Positions 1-11,299 of a DNA stretch of 64,000 nucleotides are shown piece by piece. This DNA comes from Nitrosopumilus sp. (GTDB lineage: Archaea > Thermoproteota > Nitrososphaeria > Nitrososphaerales > Nitrosopumilaceae). Each line of letters begins with the position of its first letter. The stretch's first letter is position 1. The stretch is taken from the NCBI GenBank assembly GCA_965207445.1, contig CBDBLX010000002.1:448001-512000 (forward strand), written 5' to 3'. The notes under the pieces were generated by a model. It ran no database searches. It worked only from the letters and a program-made list of their open reading frames with translations, and was not told the DNA's origin. The translations under genes were made by a program, and so were the position numbers.

Positions 1-120
1 CGATAAATGCGCGTTGTTTGTATGCATCTTTGTCAAAGATTTCTGCTGCCTTTTTTCTGCTTGGTGGTTTGCCACGGTTTGTATGACCTGCTGTGTGATT
101 GCGCTGTTTTATGTTCGGTT

Positions 121-1030
121 TCATGTTTGCATCAAATATTGTCTCGCAGTTTTGATCTGAATGTATCTCTTGTCTCCGTTGAATAAGCGTTTTTCAATCT
201 GTGTATAGTTTTTTACGAGAAAGTTGACCACATATGGAAGCATTAACGTGACACTTGCATTGCGTGGAGTTGTGTATGATGCAAGTATGATCTGGTGTCC
301 GTTTATTGAGTAATATGATATTTTAGGTACGTCTTGACGCGTGTCAGTTAAGTCGTGTAGTAAATGATTGGGTGTGTGAACCAAGATCTATGACTTATAT
401 GGTCATTAAAAATCACACCAAGTCAAGCGTCACGCAGATGCAGGATTCTATATACGCGCAGTGATGTGACCAAATACTAATATGTGATTTTATTATTGTG
501 TCCAAAGAGCTTGGTTCATACGATTGGGTCTTTCTTGTTTTTCGTACCTGTCAGTCTCTATACCACACTACTGTATCACAATCGTACCTGTAGGTTCTTT
601 TTTTACGTCTTGTTGACCGCCCTCAAAATCCTCGGATCCGTGCACAAGTATGCACTCTTTACCTTTTATTGGTACCGGATCTGTCCCCTATTTTTCAAGT
701 TTATTTAGACACATATTAGCAGTATATGCCAAAATAGAATCAAACCAGTCGAGATCAATTGTTTGCATATGTTTTGTTACCCAATTAATCAGGCTCCGAC
801 TCGTCAACTTGCTCATCATGCATATCTCCAAGATCATTTATCACGTCACGAAAAGGAATATTTTTTGCAACTTTTTAAAGGCACAAAAAATCCATCTTGT
901 CACGCGAGTGCACATACTTGCATCCTCCTCTATTTGTCTTCTTTTCCTTGGCACGGATGTGAATTTTTTCGTATCGCCGACATTCATGTCTTGCGCATAA
1001 AATCCTGCTCAGATTTGTGTGCCTGTTCGT
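121..1030 (-). pseudogene. Decayed ORF fragments, possibly a DDE transposase remnant, interrupted by a MITE
   Basis: Only short broken frames; MITE with 8-bp TSD inserted at 374-521; family assignment is weak. Confidence 0.25.
374..521 (+). mobile_element. ~148-bp MITE, copy 1
   Basis: Ends GTGTGAACCAA / TTGGTTCATAC; perfect 8-bp direct repeat GATTGGGT at 366-373 and 522-529; internal similarity to 31048-31196 and 32231-32378. Confidence 0.85.
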
Positions 1031-2009
1031 AATACGGCCAATAACTTTCGCGTCGCTTGTGCTGTTGCTCTGTCACTGTACAGTCTGCCTCTATAATCTA
1101 TTCTTATTTGAAACCCACACACTAAATTTACACAAACAACAAGCAGACGTCACATTCATCACAAGCCATGTATAGTAATGGGCGTCATTCTCTGTGTAGC
1201 ATAGTATGTTGTGGCAACCTACTACCATATGTTGTCATTCCACCACACTTTACAAACGATACGTCGATAATATTGGCTAGTCGACGTTGTTTAGCATCCC
1301 CTTTATTCATATTCTAATTATTCAATTGAGATGCCCCTATATACAATTTTTGATAAGCGCGCAGTTACGTTTATACATATGAGCTTACTGAATATATACA
1401 CATAAAACTCTGGCGATGTTTGCAGATGACTTTGCAAGTACGATGCAGGTGGCGATTTGATGAATTACGCACCAACCTCCATTTTCGTAAAAACTTTATA
1501 ATTTATCTGTCCTAATTCATATTGATCTTCTAATATCTCATTTTTTATATATGATCAGAAATATTAAAATATTCCCATATATTATACTTTCTATTTGATC
1601 CGATCAAATATGATCATTAACATTCAACGATATTGTAGATTATTCAAATAAAATCATATAAAACACATTGCTAACTACTGGCGCAGCCGGGTCAGGACAG
1701 TATTTCCCGTCACCGTGGGGGTGGGGATCCGGCGCGGTCGCGCGTGCAAGGATGCTTGACGTGCGGAGGTCGCGGCCCGTGCCGGGATGCGTCTGCTGCG
1801 ACTCTACCATATGCCGCGCGCAGGTCGGCCGCCGCGGCTCAAAACCGCGGCATTCTTCGCGCTGGCCTTTCGAATCGGCTGGAGTTCGGGCATCTCGCGC
1901 GTTCGGGCGCGCCGGGACGCGCGCGGATTACGGGGCAGAAAACCCCGAATCAGGCAGGGCCGCCGGCCCGATCGGACTGCTTAAATACACCATGCTCCCG
2001 TCACTATCT

Positions 2010-4112
2010 ATGGATAATAAGTCCGTCCTGCTCCCATGCCTGGCCGCCGCGCTTGTCGTTATTGCGATCGTGGCCACTCTACCCGGCGACGCGCACGCCC
2101 AGCAGGAGGTGCCGGCGGACTGGGCGTATGTCCCCGACGACCTGGGCCCCGGAGACACGTTCAGGCTGATGTTTGCGTCAACCGGGTACCACCAGACCCG
2201 GAGCAGCGATCCGACCCATTATCACGGTATCATAGAGGGCAGGGCCGCGTCCTCCGGGCTGGCTGCCTATAGTGACAGCTTCAACGCGCTGGTCAACACC
2301 GACTCCTACAACACCAACATCGTGGGCGTGCCAGGTCCGGACCTCATAGAGTACCGCATAAGCGACACGAGGATTGCAAACAACGTGATCGACCCCGGGC
2401 CTGCCATTCCAATATACTGGGTAAACGGACCAAGGGTCGCAGACAGCGGCACGCAGCTCATCTATGGGTCGTGGCAGACGGGTATCAGCGACGTTAGGAC
2501 TGAGCACGGCAGGCTCTTGTCGCCCGAGGCGTCCTACCGCCAGGGCCCGCACAACTATGACAACTTTTGGTTCGCCACTGGCATGTACGAAAGGGATGCC
2601 ATAACGGGCGGCGGGTACTATGCCCTCGGCGACTCCTACGTGGGTTGCACCTATTACAGCGGCGGCTACGGCGGCCCCGGACTGGGCGACCGCGTATGCA
2701 GCGAGCACGTGAGGGTGGGCCTCTTCGGGTTGTCCGACGTCTTTCAGGTCCAGCCTGACGGCCCGACGACTCCGCCATCCGGAGGGAATACATTAGTTTC
2801 CGCAACTGCATTCACTCAAGTCTACGAGAGGGGCGGCGACCGCGCCCGCGAGGGTGACACCATTAGAATTACAATCGATTTTATCCCACCCCCCACGTCT
2901 ACACTCGCGCTTAACATTACGCTCTCGCACACTGGAGAGACGCTTGATCCGCGAGTGGCGGGCACGCGCATCCTGGTAATCCCGGCCGGCACCTCACAGT
3001 TGGAGCTTCGGGTTCCCACAATCGACGACAGGACGTCAGAGTCGCTCACTGGCAACACGGTGACGATCACCCTAAACCCCGGCGATTACACCCTGAGCCC
3101 GCGCCCCTGGCAAAACGTTGCCACGGTGACCCTGCGGGACACCAACAACCTGAGCCAGTACAGCCCGCCCCCACCGACCACGGTATCCATAGGGCTGTCT
3201 GGCGGCGGCTCTGAGGGCGACCCAGTGTCCTTTGGCATCGGCGCGTCCCCCGCCCCGTTGCAACCCCTGCCGGTCAACGTTACATTATCCGGCACCGGCG
3301 GCGTGTTGAACGCATCCGACGCAGGCTGGCGCATCATAGTGATACCGCCGATCGGCTCGTACACCCTTGAGGTCCCGACCATAAACGACAACGTCATAGA
3401 CGACAACACGGTTACACTCACGATAAACCCTGGCGACTATAAGTTGGGACAGTTCCACACCTGGACCGTGAACGTGCAGGACGCCGGCACCAGCCAGGAG
3501 CTGATGCAGCCGCCCGTGTACGACAAGCTCATCCAGGCAGAGAATATGACGACAGTCGAGATAGATCCAGCGTTGGTCGCCAACGTGACCGCGATGGCCA
3601 ACCAGACGCAGCACGGCAACGCGCACGTGGACAGGTGGAACCGCGTTTTAGCTGCCTTTGGCGAGATCGACCACTCAAACCCGATGACAGCGGCAGAGGC
3701 ACAAACCAATGCAGAAAAGTACAGCAGCCCGCTGTGGCCTCTGATAGTCGACGTGCTTACATTGCTAGAGGCGGCAGCAGAACAGGACAATCCGCAGACG
3801 CCACCTGACACGCCACCTGACACGCCACCTGACACGCCACCTGACACGCCACCTGACACGCCACCTGACACGCCACCTGACACGCCACCTACTATAGACC
3901 AGGCGCTGATCAACAGCGTCAGGGAGCTGGCGGCACAGACGCACCACGGCGACGCGCACGTGGACAGGTGGAACCGCGTTTTAGCTGCCTTTGGCGAGAT
4001 CGACCACTCAAACCCGATGACAGCGGCAGAGGCGCAAACCAATGCAGAAAAGTACAGCAGCCCGCTGTGGCCGCAGATTGCAAAAGTACTGACACAGCTT
4101 GAGTCAAACTAA
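2010..4112 (+). CDS. Secreted/surface protein: signal peptide, lectin-like N domain, two Calx-beta/Ig-like repeats, PPDT linker, duplicated C-terminal helical domain
   Basis: TTAAATA box at 1981-1987 about 25 nt before ATG 2010; hydrophobic leader ending AHA-Q; repeated xEGDxV...L(R/E)VPTI(D/N)D...VT(I/L)T(L/I)NPGDY units; much higher GC than flanks. Confidence 0.75.
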   Translation: MDNKSVLLPCLAAALVVIAIVATLPGDAHAQQEVPADWAYVPDDLGPGDTFRLMFASTGYHQTRSSDPTHYHGIIEGRAASSGLAAYSDSFNALVNTDSYNTNIVGVPGPDLIEYRISDTRIANNVIDPGPAIPIYWVNGPRVADSGTQLIYGSWQTGISDVRTEHGRLLSPEASYRQGPHNYDNFWFATGMYERDAITGGGYYALGDSYVGCTYYSGGYGGPGLGDRVCSEHVRVGLFGLSDVFQVQPDGPTTPPSGGNTLVSATAFTQVYERGGDRAREGDTIRITIDFIPPPTSTLALNITLSHTGETLDPRVAGTRILVIPAGTSQLELRVPTIDDRTSESLTGNTVTITLNPGDYTLSPRPWQNVATVTLRDTNNLSQYSPPPPTTVSIGLSGGGSEGDPVSFGIGASPAPLQPLPVNVTLSGTGGVLNASDAGWRIIVIPPIGSYTLEVPTINDNVIDDNTVTLTINPGDYKLGQFHTWTVNVQDAGTSQELMQPPVYDKLIQAENMTTVEIDPALVANVTAMANQTQHGNAHVDRWNRVLAAFGEIDHSNPMTAAEAQTNAEKYSSPLWPLIVDVLTLLEAAAEQDNPQTPPDTPPDTPPDTPPDTPPDTPPDTPPDTPPTIDQALINSVRELAAQTHHGDAHVDRWNRVLAAFGEIDHSNPMTAAEAQTNAEKYSSPLWPQIAKVLTQLESN
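3798..3890 (+). repeat. 12-bp tandem repeat (ACGCCACCTGAC) x ~7.75 encoding TPPD
   Basis: Read directly in sequence. Confidence 0.95.
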
Positions 4113-5004
4113 GTGTAAATTTCGTGCCTAGATTTTCGCCATTCGTGTGAATTTTTTTGTCCCATCTGATCCAAATACTACAAGTTGGCATATTCGGTAT
4201 TAAACGAACCGTCAAAACTAGCTAGTGTCACAACCATACATAGAACTCTTCTGTGAGGCGCTGGACGCCTGCCTGCTGCTGGCGTAGGTGACTCTATTAC
4301 ACGAAAAGTCGATCCGCCTAGGTTGCAGAGCCAGTTGTCGGCTTGCCAGCATGAGTAAGCGTTGGATTGCGACGAGTTTATTTTTGCTCACGAGAACAGC
4401 CGGCCGCTCACTGAGGAGTAACTTGAGCTTATGCAACCCGACTTTGAGGAAGCCATGGAGCAGTGGCGCGCGGTAGGGTTGTGTATATGTGCGTGTTATT
4501 GTCATTGCATGATGCGTACGGTTTGATTGACAAATGTTTTCGAGCTGATTTGCGGTGTTGGTGCAGTTGATGTTCAGTTCGACTAACTTTATGTCATCTC
4601 TTTTCAAAGTTGCACCAAGTTCTCTAAGTTTACGATGGGGATCTCAGAGCGCGCAATCATCACTATTGTCTCTACACAACTCTCATCTTGGCTCGGTATA
4701 TGTAATATTTCAGCCTCTGTCTCTGCTGCTGCTGCTACTACTACTGCTGCTGCTTGTGCTTGTACCATAGGCCGTTGCCACTCATATATCATCTCATGGG
4801 GCGCCTTTTTTCACTTGTCCAGTGCGAATATGTTCTTTACAAAATGAACTATCTTTTTCTCAAAAAATAAAGAACACAAGATCAAATACATATTCGGATT
4901 ATTTTTTTGGGGAAATATCTAAAAACTAAGTGAAAATCTATTTTTGTTAGTAAGACGGTGATCACACATAATTAATTAAGATGCATAACTTTTCAAAGTA
5001 TAGA

Positions 5005-6144
5005 ATGAAGATTCGAATCTTTGATACTACCCTTCGAGATGGGGAGCAGACCGCAGGTGTATCACTGTCCCCTGAGCAAAAACTTGAGATTGCAAAAAGA
5101 CTTGATGCACTTGGAGTCGACGTCATTGAGGTTGGTTTTCCGACTATATCAGAAGGCGAACGTAAATCTGCGAGATTAATAACCCGTGAAGGATTATCAT
5201 CTGAAATTTGTGGAATGACGAGGCCTAACAAAAGAGATATTGACATTACTGCTGACACTGGGCTGAGTTACATCAATACGTTTGTTGCAACATCGGATAT
5301 TCACTTACAACATAACCAAAAAATGACAAAAGAACAGGCAATTGAGCAGGCAGTCGAGGCCGTAGAGTATGCAAAGTCAAGAGGTTTAAAGGTAGAGTTT
5401 GGAGCAGTGGATGCAACAAGAACTGAGCGAGGGTTTTTGAAAAAAATTCTGGGTGCAGTTGCAAAAGCAGGTGCATTTACAGTCACTATCCCTGATACTA
5501 CAGGATGTGCCACGCCCGAATACATGACGGAGATTACACATGATGCCGTATCTGCTGCTGCTACTGCTGGAACACCGGTGAGTGTTCACTGTCATGATGA
5601 CTTTGGATTAGCAGTGGCAAACACACTATCTGGAATCAAAGCAGGTGCTTTATGTGCACAGGTGACTATAAATGGGATCGGGGAGAGGGCAGGAAACGCT
5701 CCATTGGAGGAGATTGTCATGGCACTACAATATCTCCCACATAATCAAAAATACGAGACGGGAATAAGATCTGATTTACTATATGACACGTCCAGGTTTA
5801 TATCAAAGGCTACGGGAATGGATGTGCAGCCAAACAAGGCGATCGTAGGTGCAAATGCATTTAGCCACGAAGATGAAATACACACCGACGGTGTGCTAAA
5901 CGATCCTGAAACGTACGAGTCAATCAGTCCTGAAACTGTGGGCAGAAAACGACAAATACGCGTAGGGAAACACTCTGGAATTCTTGCACTAAATGCAATT
6001 TTAAACAAACACGGTATCAAACCAACAAAAGAACAGGCAACTCAAATTTTAGACATGGTCAAAATATCAGCTGATAAGGGGACAAGCATTACTGATTCAA
6101 ATCTACTTTTGATTGCACGTAGTGTTCTTACAAATGACAGATAG
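5005..6144 (+). CDS. LeuA/CimA/homocitrate synthase family (DRE-TIM) protein without C-terminal regulatory domain
   Basis: [29 protein letters not shown] motifs; ~379 aa. Confidence 0.85.
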   Translation: MKIRIFDTTLRDGEQTAGVSLSPEQKLEIAKRLDALGVDVIEVGFPTISEGERKSARLITREGLSSEICGMTRPNKRDIDITADTGLSYINTFVATSDIHLQHNQKMTKEQAIEQAVEAVEYAKSRGLKVEFGAVDATRTERGFLKKILGAVAKAGAFTVTIPDTTGCATPEYMTEITHDAVSAAATAGTPVSVHCHDDFGLAVANTLSGIKAGALCAQVTINGIGERAGNAPLEEIVMALQYLPHNQKYETGIRSDLLYDTSRFISKATGMDVQPNKAIVGANAFSHEDEIHTDGVLNDPETYESISPETVGRKRQIRVGKHSGILALNAILNKHGIKPTKEQATQILDMVKISADKGTSITDSNLLLIARSVLTNDR

Positions 6145-6810
6145 ATTATAGTGATTGCAATAAATAGTGACATCTACTACTATGTTAACCTCATAGATAC
6201 CGCGCACAGAATTCAAGCAATCATATTTGAGATTGTGTATGGTTTAGATGATACATGTATTCAATTAAAAATAAAATATGAAATCAACAACTTGAACAAA
6301 AAATAGCTAGTAAATATAAAAAGCTAAATAAAAAAGATCATATCATAAATACACTAAAGCACCTTGCCAATACATTAAAAAAAGATAACTCAAACCTAAA
6401 AGAGAATAACACTGCTATGGAAAAACAAAGTCAAAAAAAAGATGCTGCCATACACAATTATGAGACAAAGCTCAACTTTATGAGAATGCCCATATACACC
6501 AATCATCAAAACAGGAAGCTGCGTGGACTAGATGTCTGAGATGAATTGTGTAAAAATATTGCTCTGTCGTCTGATGATAAGTCTAAAAGATGTATGATCT
6601 TATTGTTGTTATTATTATTATACCAAAATAGATTGGCTCACACTTATTTTTGCTATGATAATTGATTATACTTTGTTTTTGAGCTGTATAGTACAATTCA
6701 TGTCTGGGCACTCTGATAGTTATTAAAAAATTTTATATTTTTATTATTAATTATGAATTATTTTGATATAATTAATAACAATTAAATACTGATACTAGTG
6801 CGCTGTAAAT

Positions 6811-7068
6811 ATGACAAAATTGATCCAAGTAAATATTGATGCCAAAGAGGTTGGCAAGGATAAAGCACAAGAATGGGTGCATGAGATCACCGATGTCTGT
6901 ACTGATATGGAGATATCTGATGTAAACGTAACCGGGAAGAAGATCTCTTTTCAGACAGGTCTTTTAGGGATGGATGACATCACTGTTTTTGCGAACATTG
7001 GACAAAAGATCGACGAATATGTTTCCATGGCAAAAGTATTTTGGATTAAAGATATATCTTGCGGTTAA
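6811..7068 (+). CDS. Small hypothetical protein
   Basis: 85-aa ORF after a TATA-like TTAAATA; abuts the downstream feoB-like gene. Confidence 0.6.
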   Translation: MTKLIQVNIDAKEVGKDKAQEWVHEITDVCTDMEISDVNVTGKKISFQTGLLGMDDITVFANIGQKIDEYVSMAKVFWIKDISCG

Positions 7069-7084
7069 GCTGCTCATATTTTCT

Positions 7085-8722
7085 ATGACACACAAAAAAC
7101 GTTCCCGGTTTATGGTAGTTGGTAAAGCGGGCGTTGGGAAATCCCAACTGATCTCATCACTTACTCAAAAAGAGGTGGAGATTGACAATCTCAAAGGATC
7201 TACTGTTTGTGGGGAGTCTCATAGTCGAGAATTCACTTTTGTCGATACGTCTAAAATCGTATTTGATTCTGATAACAAAGTCACAAAAACTACAATATCA
7301 TCAATAAAGAAAAGTGATTATGTACTACTTGTTGCTCGTGCAACAAATCTAGATGAGGATCTAAAGTATCCACTCTCGTTGCTCAAAGATAAAAAAGGGG
7401 CAATAATAATAACAAATTGGGACAGAGTACATGACTCTGAGAATGTCGCCACTGCTCTCATACATCTAGAACAAAATCTGAGAATGCCAATAACTGCCAT
7501 CGATGCACGAAATATTACTGAATCTCAAAGAGGTAAAATTTTTGAGACATTGAGGAATCCACACACATTCTCAAAAAAGACACTTTACACGAAAATCTCA
7601 TTTAATCCAAAGCCAACAATCCTTGAGAGCGGACATGTGGGAATTGTAATTGGAGTACTACTTTTGTTGTTTCCTTCAATATTATCCGTTATTGGAGCCA
7701 ACTATTTTGCTGGTTTTGTTCATCCTATAATAGAAGATCTTTTGAGTGGGACAGTAAACGAATTAAGAACACTACCCTCTCCACTAATGGGCATACTTGC
7801 TGGAGACTACGGATTTGTCACTATGGGACCTTTTCTTTTTGTCTGGGCAGCTCCTGTGGTTGTTATATATGCATTATTACTTGGAATTTACAAATCCACG
7901 GGATTGCTGGATCGTACATCACTTGCAATTCATCCACTGGTAAAGAGAATTGGGGTAAGTGGAAAGGATGTGACCAAAATAGTGATGGGGTTTGGCTGCA
8001 ACGTACCTGCAGTTATTGGCAGCCGATCTTGCTCTGATTGTTCTAGAGGTACGGTCGTCTCTACAATAAGTTTGGGTTCGGCGTGCTCATATCAGTTTGG
8101 TGCATCAATTGCTGTTTTTGCTGCTGCTGGTATGCCATGGCTAGTAGTGCCGTTTCTGTTTTATCTAACTATAACTACTATAATTTACACTAGACTAGTC
8201 AGCACAAAGAATAACCGCTCTAAATTAAACATGCCGGTAATTGAGGGACAGACATTCTTTGAAAAGCCAACATTGGGTCCGATCTGGAGAGAATCAAAGC
8301 AAGATATGTTACAATTTTTCAAGACAGCATTGCCAATATTTTTTGCAATTACATTTGCCGCATCTATGCTAAACTGGGCCGGTGTTGTGGACTTTTTTGC
8401 AGACGGACTTGGTGCTATAATGGGTTTATTCAACCTACCTGAGGATGCTGCTCTTGCTGTAATTGCAGGTTCGATTAGAAAGGATGGATTACTATTACTT
8501 GCAGGACCTCATTTGGCAAGCTCACTGTCTGCAATGCAGATATTAACAGGTGTATATCTTGCAGGGACGCTGCTACCGTGTTTGGTGACTTTTATGACTA
8601 TAATACGTGAGATGTCATGGAGGTTTGCGCTCAAAATGGTGACAAAACAAGTTGTTGTTGTAATTGCGTTTACATTGTTATTGGCACACGCTGAAAAGGT
8701 TTTACACCTTTTTGGAATTTGA
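7085..8722 (+). CDS. FeoB-like protein (P-loop GTPase domain plus gate membrane domains)
   Basis: GKAGVGKS P-loop; MGFGCNVPAV and LLPCLVT gate motifs; many TM segments. Confidence 0.8.
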   Translation: MTHKKRSRFMVVGKAGVGKSQLISSLTQKEVEIDNLKGSTVCGESHSREFTFVDTSKIVFDSDNKVTKTTISSIKKSDYVLLVARATNLDEDLKYPLSLLKDKKGAIIITNWDRVHDSENVATALIHLEQNLRMPITAIDARNITESQRGKIFETLRNPHTFSKKTLYTKISFNPKPTILESGHVGIVIGVLLLLFPSILSVIGANYFAGFVHPIIEDLLSGTVNELRTLPSPLMGILAGDYGFVTMGPFLFVWAAPVVVIYALLLGIYKSTGLLDRTSLAIHPLVKRIGVSGKDVTKIVMGFGCNVPAVIGSRSCSDCSRGTVVSTISLGSACSYQFGASIAVFAAAGMPWLVVPFLFYLTITTIIYTRLVSTKNNRSKLNMPVIEGQTFFEKPTLGPIWRESKQDMLQFFKTALPIFFAITFAASMLNWAGVVDFFADGLGAIMGLFNLPEDAALAVIAGSIRKDGLLLLAGPHLASSLSAMQILTGVYLAGTLLPCLVTFMTIIREMSWRFALKMVTKQVVVVIAFTLLLAHAEKVLHLFGI

Positions 8723-8871
8723 TTAGATAATATTAAAAGACTGTTTGAAATTTTTGTACAATGATAATTTTTATGGTATTTGGTCTACTCTATATATCAA
8801 ATAAAGATGTGTGAAATATGTATTGAGTTTTGAATTATTATTACTTTACATGATATGTGACTCAATTTGAT

Positions 8872-9456
8872 TCACCCTAGAATAGCTGAAAATTTTTCAA
8901 ATAGATCGTGCCAACCCTCATCTAGTCTTTTATATGGTATATTGGGTGTATGTTTTTCCTCCAAGATACTGTCACGATACGATTCTCCACACACTGAATC
9001 TATCCATTTTTCATAATTCTCCAGCCATTTCATAGATTCAACAAGCATGTGCAGTATGTGATGCATCTGTTCTGGAGTCTTTGGTATGGTACGTTGTGGA
9101 AGCTGATCAGGGGACCATACATTTGGTATTAGTGCGCTGACTTTGATGAATTTTGGCTCAAATTCATGACGCCATAAAAACAACCCATCATTTTTTGTCG
9201 AAAACATCATTCCAAAACCCCACATGATTACTCGCCTGTCCTGTTTGCAAAATGAGTACTGACTACTCCCATCATCTGGATTCGGTGGCCTTTTTCTTGT
9301 AAACCCATACTTTAACAATAAATTTTCTTTGTGTTGTATGTCAATTCCTATACAGTACAACTGACTTGTAAACAATTTTTTCCATTTATTTTGAAGACGT
9401 TTGGGAATGCGTAGCATCTGTGATTGATCATTTTTCTTTTGTATGGAATCTTGCAC
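8872..9456 (-). CDS. Hypothetical protein
   Basis: 194-aa ORF with protein-like composition. Confidence 0.6.
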   Translation of the reverse strand: MQDSIQKKNDQSQMLRIPKRLQNKWKKLFTSQLYCIGIDIQHKENLLLKYGFTRKRPPNPDDGSSQYSFCKQDRRVIMWGFGMMFSTKNDGLFLWRHEFEPKFIKVSALIPNVWSPDQLPQRTIPKTPEQMHHILHMLVESMKWLENYEKWIDSVCGESYRDSILEEKHTPNIPYKRLDEGWHDLFEKFSAILG

Positions 9457-10014
9457 TCATATCATCTCCTGTTTATCATTGATGTACTTGTATCAAATAT
9501 CGTATACCTCAATTGACATCTCAGATTGACTACACTCACTCATTACATCTAAAATGCTTTGTCTGTATTCGGACTCTTGCGTTTTGTATTCATTGAACAG
9601 ATTTACTAGTAGTCCATGAATCACTTTTCTCTTTGATCTGATACTAAAAGTACTTGAATTCTCCATACTCGCGCTAGAAAATCTTTGTATATTAAGATTT
9701 TAATGAAAATTATTAATGAACATAAAATACCATTACTGTATAAAAAATATTCAATAAAATTATTTCATACTGTTATCTGTGTGTGATTTATTTATATAAT
9801 ATATATATTTATGATTAAAAATTACTATATATATTATATAAAATACATTAAATTTTGGTCATAACACAAAAAAAAGTTATTTTATACAAATTAAATGAGA
9901 TGCCACATCATAAACCCAAATTTTTGAAACTTGCATTATAATGGAGATACATTATTATTAATAATTAATAGAAATTTCATTAAGTTTAATAATACTGTTC
10001 TTATAATTAGTTTA

Positions 10015-11112
10015 ATGTTTGAAGCAATTATAGTAGGTGCAGGTCCATCAGGTATTGGTATATCAATAATACTACAAAAACTTGGGATAAATTTTACGAT
10101 TCTAGAAAGACATGATGTTGGCAGCTCTTTTCTCAAATGGCCAAAACAGATGAAATTACTGACACCTTCATTTTTTAGCAACACCTTTAAAATGACAGAT
10201 CTCAATGCAATAACCTATGACACCTCACCTGCACTCACACTACAAACAGAACATCCTAGTGGACACGAGTATGCAGCATACTTGAAAAACATCTCACAGC
10301 ATTTTGAACTACCTGTACAGAACAACGTCAATGTGAACTCGGTACTCACAACTGAAGAAGGATCTTTTATCCTAAATACTAGCAAGGGGAATATGGAAAC
10401 AAAGTTTTTGATCTGGGCTGCAGGGGAGTTTCAGTATCCAAAAAATAACTCGTTTCCAGGAGCTGAGCATTGCATTCACAATAGTCTAATCTCTGATTGG
10501 AGTGAGGTTCAAGGCGATAGTTTCTTTGTGATTGGGGGTTATGAAAGTGGTATGGATACTGCGATTAATTTAGCAGAACGTGGCAAGCGCGTCACTATAA
10601 TTGACAGTGAGAACTTGCTAAATAGCGATGATATAGATCCGAGCAGAACAATATCTCCGTATACAAAAGATAGACTGCGCAGGGTCAATTCTAACAATAC
10701 AATAGAGTTTCTTACTGGAAGGGCAACTAGGGTGGAAAGAGAACTAGATGGTGAGTATGTGATTTATACTGAAAAAATGAAAATTAGATCAAAGACAAAA
10801 CCAATCCTTGCTACTGGTTTTACAGGAAGCCTCTCAATGATCAAAAAATTGTTTCATTGGAAGGATGGAAAAGCACTACTGAACACTTTTGATGAGTCTA
10901 CTCGAACACCTGGGTTATATGTGACTGGACCATTGTTGCAACAGCATGATATGATCTTTTGTTTTATCTATAAATTTCAGCAGAGATTTGCAGTAGTTGC
11001 AAATCACATTGGAATAAAACTCAGCAAAGATGTATCGATAATCGAAGAGTACAAAAAAGAAGGAATGTTTCTTGATAATCTAGATAATGTAACTGATAAA
11101 TGTGCATGCTGA
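10015..11112 (+). CDS. NAD(P)/FAD-dependent oxidoreductase (flavoprotein monooxygenase-like)
   Basis: IIVGAGPSG FAD motif, VIGGYESG second dinucleotide motif, LATGF. Confidence 0.85.
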   Translation: MFEAIIVGAGPSGIGISIILQKLGINFTILERHDVGSSFLKWPKQMKLLTPSFFSNTFKMTDLNAITYDTSPALTLQTEHPSGHEYAAYLKNISQHFELPVQNNVNVNSVLTTEEGSFILNTSKGNMETKFLIWAAGEFQYPKNNSFPGAEHCIHNSLISDWSEVQGDSFFVIGGYESGMDTAINLAERGKRVTIIDSENLLNSDDIDPSRTISPYTKDRLRRVNSNNTIEFLTGRATRVERELDGEYVIYTEKMKIRSKTKPILATGFTGSLSMIKKLFHWKDGKALLNTFDESTRTPGLYVTGPLLQQHDMIFCFIYKFQQRFAVVANHIGIKLSKDVSIIEEYKKEGMFLDNLDNVTDKCAC

Positions 11113-11299
11113 AACTAATTTTCCCTTGGCATATGATTTGATGTTTTCTGCAAATTGATTTTCAATATGTAATAGCATACACAAATCAGTATCATTTTGT
11201 GCTATAATTGGTCTTGTTTGTATTGATGCTATTATCATATTAAGTAATGCTTAATTTAACATTAGGATATTATAAGTATACCTTGTATCAATTCATCTT

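Noticed and set aside
1668..2009. N-terminal extension of the 814-aa ORF
   Set aside because: GC-rich open frame by chance; TATA box and signal peptide point to a start at 2010.
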